From the NCBI GenBank assembly GCA_042567505.1, contig JBHPJW010000003.1, forward strand, positions 7,071 through 71,070: a stretch of 64,000 bases of DNA, in the 5' to 3' direction. Position 1 is the stretch's first letter. Each line of letters opens with the position of its first letter. The position numbers and the translations under genes are program-made. Below the pieces are notes generated by a model that did not search any database, was not told the origin of the DNA, and saw only the letters and a program-made list of their open reading frames with translations. The stretch comes from Fibrobacterota bacterium (GTDB lineage Bacteria > Fibrobacterota > Fibrobacteria > UBA11236 > JADFYW01). Of the stretch, positions 35,461 to 44,200 are shown piece by piece.

Positions 35461-35578
35461 AATTACGAATTACGGATTAAAGATTACGGATTAAAAGAGA
35501 GAAAGTCGTTGACATTGAATTAATAAAAGGAAAGTCGGCAAATAATTTATAATTCGGGCTGTCGCTAAATTCGTAATT
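35461..35578. repeat. AATTACG/GATTAAA stutter with distal inverted copy
   Basis: AATTACG AATTACG GATTAAA GATTACG GATTAAA (35461-35495). A perfect 11-bp inverted repeat pairs AATTACGAATT (35461-71) with AATTCGTAATT (35568-78). Confidence 0.85.
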
Positions 35579-35586
35579 TATTGTCC

Positions 35587-36549
35587 TCAATCCATGGCCT
35601 TGATAACCGGCCTGGCCAATTCCTGAATAAAGGCCGGCCGGCCTGTCCTCTTCAGCAGCCATTCCCGGCTGAGCCGGGGTACGAGCTTTTTGTGGTTGGA
35701 TGAGCACCAGTGCAGCGCATAGGTTTCCCTCGGCAGGGCTACCGGGGGGCCATGGAAGAAACGGAAGGTCTGGCTGGGGGGGATGAGGTAGAAGTGATTA
35801 CTGCTCAGCCGGGTCAGCGCCGGTTCTGTTGAGCGGTCCCATATTCCATTAACCAGCATGGGGCCCAGGCTGAACCTGATTCCCGGGTCTGTCCCGGGTA
35901 CGGCGCGGAGAGCCTCATGGAAAAAGGAATTTCCGGGCTCGCAGGCCAGCACCGCGTTGTTGAGTTTTTTTTTGCTCCACAGGTTCATGAGAAGCCGGTT
36001 ACACCGGTTCCAGAAGGCGCTGTCGCCCAGAAAGCGGCAATTCAGAAAGGAGCCGTAGTAACTCAATCCGAAGAGCGCCCCGAAAGGAATTAAAGAAAGC
36101 CCGGCTTTTCCGGATACCCGATCATCATCGCATCTGAACACAGCTTCTTCGCCGGCGAATCCCTTATGGCTGAGCAGGGGACGGAAGTCCTTTACCGTGA
36201 TGGTATCAAAGTCGATGTATATGCCTCCTTCCCTGTGAAGGATCAAATACCGGAGCACATTGCTTTTTCCCGCCGGGTAGGAATCTGCCACGGCCCGGTA
36301 GGCGGTCAGAAGTTCCCGTTTGTTTTTCCGGTCCGTGGAAAACTGTTCAATCAGCTGTTTCTCTTCCATCCGCCTGATCTCCACCCGGGAGGAGAGCGCG
36401 TCCCAGTCCCTGTTATGTCGTGGCGGATCCTGGCAGTGGACGGTTATTGGGGCATCCGGATTGGTATGGAGAAGGGACTCCACCGCCAGCCGGTTGGCGA
36501 AGTGGAACTCGCTGCCCATCCAGACGAGGTGGAAATGGTAAGGTATCAT
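35587..36549 (-). CDS. GT32-like glycosyltransferase (DXD sugar-binding region)
   Basis: MIPYHFHLVWMGSEF... and KSNVLRYLILHREGGIYIDFDTI match the Gly_transf_sug/OCH1-type pattern (IHxIWxG ... RYxxLxxxGGxYxDxD). Confidence 0.7.
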   Translation of the reverse strand: MIPYHFHLVWMGSEFHFANRLAVESLLHTNPDAPITVHCQDPPRHNRDWDALSSRVEIRRMEEKQLIEQFSTDRKNKRELLTAYRAVADSYPAGKSNVLRYLILHREGGIYIDFDTITVKDFRPLLSHKGFAGEEAVFRCDDDRVSGKAGLSLIPFGALFGLSYYGSFLNCRFLGDSAFWNRCNRLLMNLWSKKKLNNAVLACEPGNSFFHEALRAVPGTDPGIRFSLGPMLVNGIWDRSTEPALTRLSSNHFYLIPPSQTFRFFHGPPVALPRETYALHWCSSNHKKLVPRLSREWLLKRTGRPAFIQELARPVIKAMD

Positions 36550-36594
36550 GCTGGGATCATTCCGTCTGTTTCCTTAAGATAGTAATCCTGGGTG

Positions 36595-38241
36595 TTAGAA
36601 ATTTGCCTGTAATTTGCCTCGATAATACAGGTCCCGGGAAAGATCTCCCTCATGCCACGGGATTTTCAGGCTCCAGTCCAATTTTATCTTCCCCGACAGC
36701 GTCCAGGTCTGCAGGAACAGGAGATCGATGTATTCCCGGAAGTTTACTATATCCCTGGTCTGCACTTTCACTTTAATGCGGTATTGTCCGGGCAGATTCA
36801 AACCGGTCTGCAGTTCCAGTACGCGGGGATAGGTTCCCCGGTAATGCCCTGATTTATGGGCGTAACCCAGGAAAAGGAGATAGTTTCCAGGCTGTCCCCC
36901 AAGCAGATTTTTCATGGTGATGAACCGAGAGGAATCTGTGGCAGTGGAATACAGGCCTGCTTTATGAGAAAGGTAGTCCCAGCAGGTATTCAACGAGAGA
37001 GTGAGCCTGCGGTAATTAACCTGAGTGTCCAGAGCCGTCCAATGGAGGACTGTGGAGAGGTCCAGGCTGGTCTCCAGAGATCCGGTTAAGGGACCCGGGC
37101 CCGGCTCATGGCTGAGAAGGGGAAGGCTTGAAACCATGTGGAATCCGCCTTCTCCTCTTCCCTTCCTGCGGATCCCTCCAGGGGTGGTGTCCGTGGTTCT
37201 GGCGGAATAATCCATGAGCGGATTTGTCCAGTTATTTCCGGCCTGGAATAGTTTTACCCAGGATTTTCCATCCGGCAGGAGGATAATGGATTCTCCATAG
37301 AGGCTGCTTCCCACCAGAGAGGAACCGTTAGCATCCATCCCGGAGTTCCAGGAATGGGCGATTCCCACCTGGAAAAGGTTCAGCACCTTCTCCTTCATCA
37401 TGACCCCGTTCACCAGGTTCAACTCATTTTCCCTTAAGTAAAACTCAAATCGACTGAGGTTTACCTGCAGGGTAACGTCTGTCCAGTCCGTGGTGAGACC
37501 GCTCAGAATTCCATAGGTCACGGCATCCAGGGTATCGCTCCCCGAGACATTTTTATTCCAGGTGCCGGAACCCTGAAAAAAATGGTGTTTACCCCGATGT
37601 AGTATCTGAAATCCGTTGAGCAGATTGCGGCTGGTGAACATTAATCCCGTGGAATCGCTTAAACTATGCTGGTCCAGCCAGAAATTACGCCCGGTTACAA
37701 ACCTCAGGTTAGAGGCTGCCGTCAAGTTTCCCGCGATGATTTTAAGGTCTTTGAATTCATACGAAAACTGCCTTTTTCCAACTTTAACCGCCTCAGAATT
37801 GAATTCGGCATACCCGTTAAAAGAAGGGGCCAGAACAGTTGTTTTAACGAAAACAGGCTCGTTGCCGGCCTTTTTCGGATAGATATTGTGGTATGCCGAT
37901 GTTTTGAATTTCACAGTTTTTAGAAAAAAAGGCCTTTTCCCGGCGGAAGGGTCCTTTCCGGGAATATCACAATGGCTTTTCAGCAGGTCCCGGATTTCGG
38001 GAGTGGAGATTCCCGTCAGTCCCGTGAGGTCTTTAATCTCATCACAATTTGGTTCCTCTTGGAGTTCATTTATAGTATACTGGTACTGTGAGTAGGAAAT
38101 GAGGCCTTCTGAGAGCGATTCATTGAGAATTTCTTTTAGTTCGCTTACCAGTGCCGGGGTGGAAAAAGATAACTCCCAGATTAATCCAGGAATTAAAAGG
38201 GCCTTGGCGGCAGCTATGTGTTTTCTATTTCCGATAGTCAA
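36595..38241 (-). CDS. hypothetical protein, possible outer-membrane beta-barrel
   Basis: 548-aa ORF rich in short alternating strands, ending ...YYRGKLQANF (aromatic C-terminus typical of OMPs). The N-terminal DLTGLTGISTPEIRDLL is faintly helix-hairpin-helix-like. TTG start, with only 23 nt to the divergent gene. Confidence 0.4.
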   Translation of the reverse strand: MTIGNRKHIAAAKALLIPGLIWELSFSTPALVSELKEILNESLSEGLISYSQYQYTINELQEEPNCDEIKDLTGLTGISTPEIRDLLKSHCDIPGKDPSAGKRPFFLKTVKFKTSAYHNIYPKKAGNEPVFVKTTVLAPSFNGYAEFNSEAVKVGKRQFSYEFKDLKIIAGNLTAASNLRFVTGRNFWLDQHSLSDSTGLMFTSRNLLNGFQILHRGKHHFFQGSGTWNKNVSGSDTLDAVTYGILSGLTTDWTDVTLQVNLSRFEFYLRENELNLVNGVMMKEKVLNLFQVGIAHSWNSGMDANGSSLVGSSLYGESIILLPDGKSWVKLFQAGNNWTNPLMDYSARTTDTTPGGIRRKGRGEGGFHMVSSLPLLSHEPGPGPLTGSLETSLDLSTVLHWTALDTQVNYRRLTLSLNTCWDYLSHKAGLYSTATDSSRFITMKNLLGGQPGNYLLFLGYAHKSGHYRGTYPRVLELQTGLNLPGQYRIKVKVQTRDIVNFREYIDLLFLQTWTLSGKIKLDWSLKIPWHEGDLSRDLYYRGKLQANF

Positions 38242-38264
38242 TTAACCTATCTTTCAATTTTCAT

Positions 38265-39374
38265 ATGCCGGAAACAGATTTTAACAAACTACTTCTTTCA
38301 GGAAAAACCAGGAAGAGATCTTCCCGGTTCCGCACCATAAATTTCCAGCTTCAGGCAATGGTGGTAATAGTAACCATTGGTTCCCTGCTTTTGTTGGGGA
38401 TTTTGTTTCAAATTACTCAAGATATCTCCATAAAAACCAGCATCCTTTCCAAATCAGCTGAGTTAAACAGTTTGGTAAAGGAATGGGAAACAGAGTTAAG
38501 TATCGGAACTCGTTCTAAAATCAAATTCATTTCCCTAAAAAAACCCATTTTCAACACGAATTACCTTAATTCCATCAAGCGCATTGACGGGCTCTATGAG
38601 CAGATTCGAAGGTTTGAGTCGGATTTCGGCAAAGGAGTGATGGATTCCCTGGAGTCATTCTGGAGACATCACAAAGAATACCGGTCCCTGGCCGGGGCCT
38701 TGAAAAGTAAACTGGCCCATCGGAATGAGCTGAAGAAGCATGAAGAGTTATTAAAAGAAAAGGAAGGGATAATCAAGAACGGTTTGCAGTTTTTCCAGCA
38801 TGAAGTTATGGTATCTGTTCGCAAGGAAAATTTAAAGAGCATGGAAACAACCATGTCTTCTTCAAAAAAACTTGTCCTGATCGCGATGGGTTGTTTTGTA
38901 GTCATTAATGTATTCATATGGCTTTTGATGAAAGTGAAAATTCTGGCTCCCTTGAAAAAACTTGAAGACGGCGCCATGCGGATAGGAGAGGGCGATCTGG
39001 GTCATCAGGTTTCGGTCAACACCAGAAATGAAATCGGGGATTTGGTGGATGTGTTGAATAAAATGTCCATTCAGCTGAAGCGGAATCAGGATGCCGAAGT
39101 CAAACTTCAGAGACTGGAGACCATTGGCCAGGTAGTGACCAGCGTAAATCATGAGATAAATAATCCCTTAATGATTATCAGCGGGAACGCCGAATATTTA
39201 TCCAAAATGCTGGGTGAGGGTAATGAAAAAATAGGGAAAAAATTAAGTGTGATAATGGCGGAATGCCGCCGGATTTTTGAAGTGACCCAGAAACTGAAGA
39301 CGATTAAAGATCCGGTGGTCGAGAGGTATGTCGGAGAAGAAACAACCATGATTGATTTAAAAAGGTCAAATTAA
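38265..39374 (+). CDS. membrane sensor with HAMP and DHp (HisKA) domains but no ATPase domain
   Basis: Two TM helices flank a ~150-aa external region. HAMP: LAPLKKLEDGAMRIGEGDLGHQVSVNTRNEIGDLVDVLNKM. H-box: VTSVNHEINNPLMII. The protein ends ~55 aa later, and the next gene starts 10 nt downstream. Confidence 0.7.
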   Translation: MPETDFNKLLLSGKTRKRSSRFRTINFQLQAMVVIVTIGSLLLLGILFQITQDISIKTSILSKSAELNSLVKEWETELSIGTRSKIKFISLKKPIFNTNYLNSIKRIDGLYEQIRRFESDFGKGVMDSLESFWRHHKEYRSLAGALKSKLAHRNELKKHEELLKEKEGIIKNGLQFFQHEVMVSVRKENLKSMETTMSSSKKLVLIAMGCFVVINVFIWLLMKVKILAPLKKLEDGAMRIGEGDLGHQVSVNTRNEIGDLVDVLNKMSIQLKRNQDAEVKLQRLETIGQVVTSVNHEINNPLMIISGNAEYLSKMLGEGNEKIGKKLSVIMAECRRIFEVTQKLKTIKDPVVERYVGEETTMIDLKRSN

Positions 39375-39384
39375 CAGAGCCGGA

Positions 39385-39939
39385 ATGAAATTTATTTGTT
39401 TTGCTTTATTGCTGGCGCTTGCCGGCTGCAGTTCTCAAAGGAGGACCTATACTCCGGGGCCTTCCCGTTTAAAGATTGAAAGGCCCGGAAGGGGAGTGCA
39501 CCTGGAAAATGATCTGGCCAGGCTGATGCTGGCCGGCAAACGGATTCAGGCCATGCGGCTGTGTAATGATATCCTGTTCTCCAGCCGGTCCAAGAAGGAC
39601 CGGGAGACAGCCAATTACTGGAGAACGGTATTGATGGCTCTGGAAGAAATCGATGAAGACAACCATGACAAAGCGGCTGACGTCATCAGAGAGGGAGCTA
39701 AGTGGTGGAACAGCTCCAGCAAGGAATATCATGCCAAGCTGATAATAGATATACTTGACAGTTTGAAAGAGAAAAGCTCTTCCATCAGGACCTTAAACCG
39801 CAGAATAAAAAAGTTGAAAATTTCCCAGAAAGTGCGGCAAGAGAGCATGACTCAGGATTTGATGGAAGAAATGAAGGAATTAAAGAGAAAAAACCGGGAA
39901 CTGGAAAAGCTGCTGCAAGAACTCGAAAAGGTAAAATAG
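39385..39939 (+). CDS. lipoprotein, helical/coiled-coil, function unknown
   Basis: MKFICFALLLALAGCSSQ (lipobox LAGC). The C-terminus is charged and coiled-coil-like. Confidence 0.55.
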   Translation: MKFICFALLLALAGCSSQRRTYTPGPSRLKIERPGRGVHLENDLARLMLAGKRIQAMRLCNDILFSSRSKKDRETANYWRTVLMALEEIDEDNHDKAADVIREGAKWWNSSSKEYHAKLIIDILDSLKEKSSSIRTLNRRIKKLKISQKVRQESMTQDLMEEMKELKRKNRELEKLLQELEKVK

Positions 39940-39951
39940 TTCCCAGTAATA

Positions 39952-39993
39952 TTAGTCAGGAGTCAGTGGTTAGACAACTCATAACTCAATACT
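39952..39993. repeat. six 7-nt units: TTAGTCA GGAGTCA GTGGTTA GACAACT CATAACT CAATACT
   Basis: Read directly in the spacer before the uridine-kinase-like gene. Confidence 0.8.
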
Positions 39994-40023
39994 TTTAAAC
40001 CTAACAACACGAAAGCAGGAAAA

Positions 40024-40677
40024 ATGAGAGGCGATAAACTGGTTATCCGGGAAGAGCATATCAGGGCGGCTGAGTTTATCAGAGACTCCCTGCTTGAAGA
40101 AATCACCAGGAGCGAGAGGCTTTTTATCATAACCATCGCTGGAGAATCCGGAAGCGGCAAGTCTGAAATCGCCTCGGCCTTTGGTGAACTTCTGGAGAAA
40201 AAAGACGTGAAAAGCGTGATTCTGCAGCAGGACGATTATTTCTCTTATCCGCCCAAAACCAATGCCGAGATGCGTGTTTCGGATATCACCCTTGTCGGCA
40301 TGTCTGAAGTGCGCCTGGAACTGCTTGAACAGAATCTCAAGGAAATCCAGGACGGCAATAAAGAGATTGAGAAACCTCTGGTGGATTTTGATAATGACTG
40401 CATTGAGAGAGAGACTTTAAGTCTGGACGGGGCCGGGGTGATTATCGTCGAGGGTACCTATACCACTGTTCTGAAAAACGTCCATCGGCGGGTTTTCCTT
40501 GATATCGATTATTTCGGGACAAAAAAAGCCCGGGAAAGAAGGGCCCGGGAAGAGCAGGACGAGTTTCTAGAAAAAATCCTGAAGATAGAGCATGAGATAA
40601 TCTCCACCCACAAACCTATGGCAGACATTATCATAGACACCAATTACGCCGGAAGGATGCAGGACAGGACTGAATAA
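40024..40677 (+). CDS. uridine kinase/phosphoribulokinase-family P-loop kinase
   Basis: Walker A ITIAGESGSGKSEIA, QQDDYFSYP, GVIIVEGTY, VFLDIDYFGTKKARERRAREE and ADIIIDTN parallel Udk blocks. Confidence 0.65.
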   Translation: MRGDKLVIREEHIRAAEFIRDSLLEEITRSERLFIITIAGESGSGKSEIASAFGELLEKKDVKSVILQQDDYFSYPPKTNAEMRVSDITLVGMSEVRLELLEQNLKEIQDGNKEIEKPLVDFDNDCIERETLSLDGAGVIIVEGTYTTVLKNVHRRVFLDIDYFGTKKARERRAREEQDEFLEKILKIEHEIISTHKPMADIIIDTNYAGRMQDRTE

Positions 40678-41121
40678 TCATAAACTCTAAATTCCGGATT
40701 TAAAGCACGCCGCCTTGCCAACCCAATGCTCCAGGCTTCATTAAAGCAAAAATTTTAAATCTGTCATTGTTGTATGGTTAAGCTCACTTGCTTTTTCCTC
40801 GAACTTGGGTAAGTAAGCATCATGAGTCAGTATTTTTTTTCTTTAACCGGGCACTACTGATAATCTGTAATCCATCCGCAGATTGCAGAACTCCAAAGGA
40901 CTATTACTTACCCATATATTTTTATTGAGGAACCAGACGATCCAATGTCCTTTAAAAGAATCCCTGGTATAAAGGGCTGGGTGTATTGCCCGGAAAAGGC
41001 CGGGGCTGCCTGCAGAAAACACCGCTGCAGGGACTGTTTTTCCTGTCAGGTATGCAGTGATACCCGTTGCAGAACCTGTCTCAAGAAAAAGAAAAAGAAG
41101 AAAAAACGGGGAAAACCCGGG

Positions 41122-42501
41122 TCAATCAGTTAAGACCAGTTTCCGGTGGTAGGCGCTACCATTGATCTTCAGCGTAACGATATAAAGTCCCGGAGGTTCT
41201 GAGGAGGCGTTCCATTTCACCGTGGAACGCCTGAGGTCTTTTATGCGGGCGACCTTTGCTCCGCGGGAATCCGCTATGCTTATTTCAAATTCCTTTCCCG
41301 GCGGCAGGTCTACTTGGAAGGTTAGTTCCCGGCTGGAGGACAGGGAGAAATGAAATGGCGAATCTCGTTCAGGTTTGTCCCGCTGCACGAATGCGTAGGT
41401 CGCATAGGTGTGGGTGGTTTTTTGGTAGTTTGTCCAGGCCATGGCTTCAAAAATCTGCTGAATGATCTCTATCCTGTTTCCAGAAGCGTCATAGGTGAAC
41501 ATGATTCGGTCATAATCCAGCCACGCGCCCTGATTCCAGACCTGCATGGTATTTCTGGTTTCCTGGCCGGAGAGGTCATATTCGTAAGCCGCCTTGGAAT
41601 AGTTTTCCCATGCCGTGCTGTTCCATAACTGGAGGGTGGACTCGAGCATTAAACCAAGGGCGTCATACGCATAGACAATCCGTGCGTCGTCAAACCAGGC
41701 GTCCACCTCCCAGTATTGATCTAAAAATTGCGTGCGGTTGCCGCCGGCGTCATAGGTGTAGGTGGACTTGTAGTAGTTTGTCCACGCCTCATTATACCAG
41801 ATTTGATCAAGGGCTTCCGTCATGTTTCCATTGGCGTCATACACATAGGTGGATCGGTAATCATTTGCCCAGGCCCCCATCATCCAGATCTGATCGATGG
41901 TTTCCTGCAGAGCTCCATTGGCATCGTAGGTTTTGCTTCCTTTCCATACATGACCCCAAAAGTTGTCGACGTAGGCCTGGAGGAAGGCGCCGATTGGGTT
42001 CCCATTGGCATCGTAGGTATAGGTAGTCTTCAGCGTGTCTATCCAGACGCTGGTCCGCCAGACCTGGTCCAGGGCCACCGTCATGTTGCCGCCGGCGTCA
42101 TACGCGTTGATATACCGGTAAAAGGGAGTCCAGGCGCCGTCCTGCCAGATCTGGTCCACCGCGTTTACCGTATTCCCATCGGCATCGTAAGCGTAACTGG
42201 TCTGAAAGTAGTTCGACCAGGCGCCCAGCGTCCAGACCTGCATGAGAGAAGCAGTTAATCCAAATCCAGTTTGCTCCTGCCCGGGGGCGCTTGTTTTCAG
42301 CAATCCGGGTACCGGGCCGACGTTCTGGAAGGACCTTTCAAAGGCCTGAATCCTCCGGTTCCGCAGAGAGAGCCTTTCCTTTTCGTCAGCGGAAAAATAG
42401 GAATTCCATCCCCTGTGGATTTCGGCTAATCTGGCACCGGCTGAGACATCCACCGCGATGCCCGCACACAGCAGACCCACCGTACTTATAATTCTTAGCA
42501 T
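41122..42501 (-). CDS. secreted repeat protein (about ten 29-aa QxW...W...YxYDxxGN units) with T9SS-type C-terminal domain
   Basis: Signal-like N-terminus, then repeats such as QIWMMGAWANDYRSTYVYDANGNMTEALD and QIWYNEAWTNYYKSTYTYDAGGNRTQFLD. The tail is ...GLYIVTLKINGSAYHRKLVLTD. Confidence 0.7.
   Translation of the reverse strand: MLRIISTVGLLCAGIAVDVSAGARLAEIHRGWNSYFSADEKERLSLRNRRIQAFERSFQNVGPVPGLLKTSAPGQEQTGFGLTASLMQVWTLGAWSNYFQTSYAYDADGNTVNAVDQIWQDGAWTPFYRYINAYDAGGNMTVALDQVWRTSVWIDTLKTTYTYDANGNPIGAFLQAYVDNFWGHVWKGSKTYDANGALQETIDQIWMMGAWANDYRSTYVYDANGNMTEALDQIWYNEAWTNYYKSTYTYDAGGNRTQFLDQYWEVDAWFDDARIVYAYDALGLMLESTLQLWNSTAWENYSKAAYEYDLSGQETRNTMQVWNQGAWLDYDRIMFTYDASGNRIEIIQQIFEAMAWTNYQKTTHTYATYAFVQRDKPERDSPFHFSLSSSRELTFQVDLPPGKEFEISIADSRGAKVARIKDLRRSTVKWNASSEPPGLYIVTLKINGSAYHRKLVLTD
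41395..42243 (-). repeat. 87-bp in-frame coding repeats (about 9.7 units)
   Basis: The period follows from the 29-aa repeat in the supplied translation. The antisense ORFs 41610..42026 and 41728..42258 are by-products of this periodicity. Confidence 0.8.
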
Positions 42502-42684
42502 AACCTCTCCCGGGAAAAGTCTTGATTATTATAATATATTACCTCTCTTTTGAATTTAAGGGTAGTTTTAACAGTTTTTTTCCTGCAAATCCGTTGAAAA
42601 ACGGAAAAAAACAGACGGGGCGAAGCAGTCAGTCAAAAACCTATATTTGAGGAAAAATTTGGAGAAACCCGGGGAGAAAAAGCC

Positions 42685-44076
42685 ATGAGCAAATTCCGTT
42701 TTGAGAGAGATTCCATGGGGGAGGTAAGGGTCCCTCAAAAAGCATTATATGGAGCGCAGACCCAGAGGGCCGTGAATAATTTTAAACTGAGCGGAATAAC
42801 ATTTGGCCGCAGGTTTATTGAGGCGCTCGGGCTGATAAAGCAAATAGCCGCCAAGGTGAATGGTGAGTTGGGTTTGATTCCTGAGGGAACCTCTGATGCG
42901 GTCCAGGAGGCGGCCAGGGAGGTGCGGAAGGGTAAATGGGACAGGCATTTCCCCCTGGATATTTATCAGACCGGCTCAGGTACCTCCACCAACATGAATG
43001 CTAATGAGGTCATCGCCAGACGTGGCATGGATTTGGCGGTTCTTTCCATCCCGGAGGAGATCCACCCCAATGACCATGTTAATTTTGGACAGAGCTCAAA
43101 TGATGTCATTCCCACGGCCATAAGGGTTTCCGCCTATATAAGCTGCCAGAAAGACTTGGTACCCGCCCTGGAAAAACTGAGAAATACCGTTCTGGAAAAA
43201 GGCAAGGAATATAGCCAGGTAGTAAAGACCGGCAGGACCCATTTAATGGACGCCATGCCCGTCTCCTTTGAACAGGTATTCAGCAGTTACCTTCGGCAGC
43301 TGGACCTGGACGTCCACAGGATTTATGATGTCCTGGAGAGGATTGCCGAGCTTCCCATGGGAGGGACGGCGGTAGGCACGGGCATCAATACTCATCCGCA
43401 GTTTGCCGGGAACTTTGCTATGGCGATTGCGGAGGAAACGGGATATCCTTTTGTGGAAGCCAGGAACCACTTCGAAGCACAGGCGACGGTTGATTCCCCT
43501 GTGGAGCTAAGCGGTGTTATGAAAACCATAGCGGTGGGCCTGTTGAAAATCGTAAACGATTTGCGCTGGATGAATTCAGGTCCCAATAATGGCCTGGGGG
43601 AAATCCGGCTGCCGGCCCTGCAACCGGGGTCTTCCATCATGCCGGGAAAAACCAATCCCGTGATCGAGGAGTCTGTGGCCATGGTTTGCGCTCAGGTTAT
43701 CGGGTATGACGCAGCCATCAGCATCGGCGGACTTTCGGGAACCTTTGAACTAAACACCATGCTCCCCCTGGTGGCCCATAATCTCCTTGAGCAGATCAGG
43801 CTGCTGGCCGGATCCTGCCGGCACCTGGAGGAGAAGTCGGTTTCTAAGCTCACGGTAAACGTTGAGCGCGTTAAGGGGCTCCTGGAAAGAAATCCCATCC
43901 TTGCCACGGTCCTGAATCCTCTCATCGGATATGATAAGGCCGCGGAAGTGGCCAAAAAGGCGTTTGCGGAAAACCGTTCTATAAGAGAGGTGGCGGAGGA
44001 AATGACCGGAATATCCAAAAAGGAACTGGACAGGATCTTTAATCCCATGCGCATGACCTGGGGAGGATTGCTGTGA
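42685..44076 (+). CDS. fumC: class II fumarate hydratase / aspartase-family lyase (fumarase C most likely)
   Basis: The signature GSSIMPGKTNP, YGAQTQRAVNNF and FPLDIYQTGSGTSTNMNANEV are FumC-like. NPV after the signature is more aspartase-like, so substrate assignment is tentative. Confidence 0.8.
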   Translation: MSKFRFERDSMGEVRVPQKALYGAQTQRAVNNFKLSGITFGRRFIEALGLIKQIAAKVNGELGLIPEGTSDAVQEAAREVRKGKWDRHFPLDIYQTGSGTSTNMNANEVIARRGMDLAVLSIPEEIHPNDHVNFGQSSNDVIPTAIRVSAYISCQKDLVPALEKLRNTVLEKGKEYSQVVKTGRTHLMDAMPVSFEQVFSSYLRQLDLDVHRIYDVLERIAELPMGGTAVGTGINTHPQFAGNFAMAIAEETGYPFVEARNHFEAQATVDSPVELSGVMKTIAVGLLKIVNDLRWMNSGPNNGLGEIRLPALQPGSSIMPGKTNPVIEESVAMVCAQVIGYDAAISIGGLSGTFELNTMLPLVAHNLLEQIRLLAGSCRHLEEKSVSKLTVNVERVKGLLERNPILATVLNPLIGYDKAAEVAKKAFAENRSIREVAEEMTGISKKELDRIFNPMRMTWGGLL

Positions 44077-44107
44077 TGGGGGCTGTGAGATAACGTACCG
44101 GGGCCTC

Positions 44108-44133
44108 CGAATATCGAACAATCGAATAACGGA
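44108..44133. repeat. CGAA stutter: CGAATAT CGAACAAT CGAATAA CGGA (period 7-8)
   Basis: Read directly in the convergent fumC/gpmI spacer. Confidence 0.7.
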
Positions 44134-44200
44134 CCGAAGACCGGAAGGTATCGGCGCTTACACTTTAAAAACCTGAGTTTGCTAATCTTGTTACCTGGAG

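Noticed and set aside
40838-40862. Shared ~18-nt word TTAnCCGGnCACTACTGA between 40838-40862 and 55351-55376 (possible dispersed element or promoter)
   Set aside because: A back-of-envelope expectation for a 16-of-18 match among all position pairs in 64 kb on both strands is in the tens, so the similarity is within chance. The same caution applies to isolated 8-11-bp inverted repeats, for example CATAGGTA/TACCTATG (5395-5402 / 5482-5489) over the tusA-like start codon.
40945-41133. 62-aa Cys-rich ORF with a poly-Lys tail (…CRKHRCRDCFSCQVCSDTRCRTCLKKKKKKKKRGKPGSIS)
   Set aside because: It is tempting as a small Zn-binding or bacteriocin-like peptide, but several points count against it. There is no convincing RBS. 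The Cys codons come from a TGCAG word recurring at a ~14-nt period, plus the hairpin CCTGCAG-N9-CTGCAGG. The Lys run is the complement of the T-rich tract that follows the stop of the convergent gene (41122), consistent with its terminator region. The ORF also overlaps that gene by 12 nt. I left it unannotated; Ribo-seq or conservation could revive it.
41395-42243. Regular ~87-bp DNA periodicity that could be mistaken for a CRISPR-like or satellite array
   Set aside because: The period is in frame within a long ORF and encodes a conserved 29-aa protein repeat. There are no unique spacers and no cas genes. No CRISPR array exists anywhere in the window.
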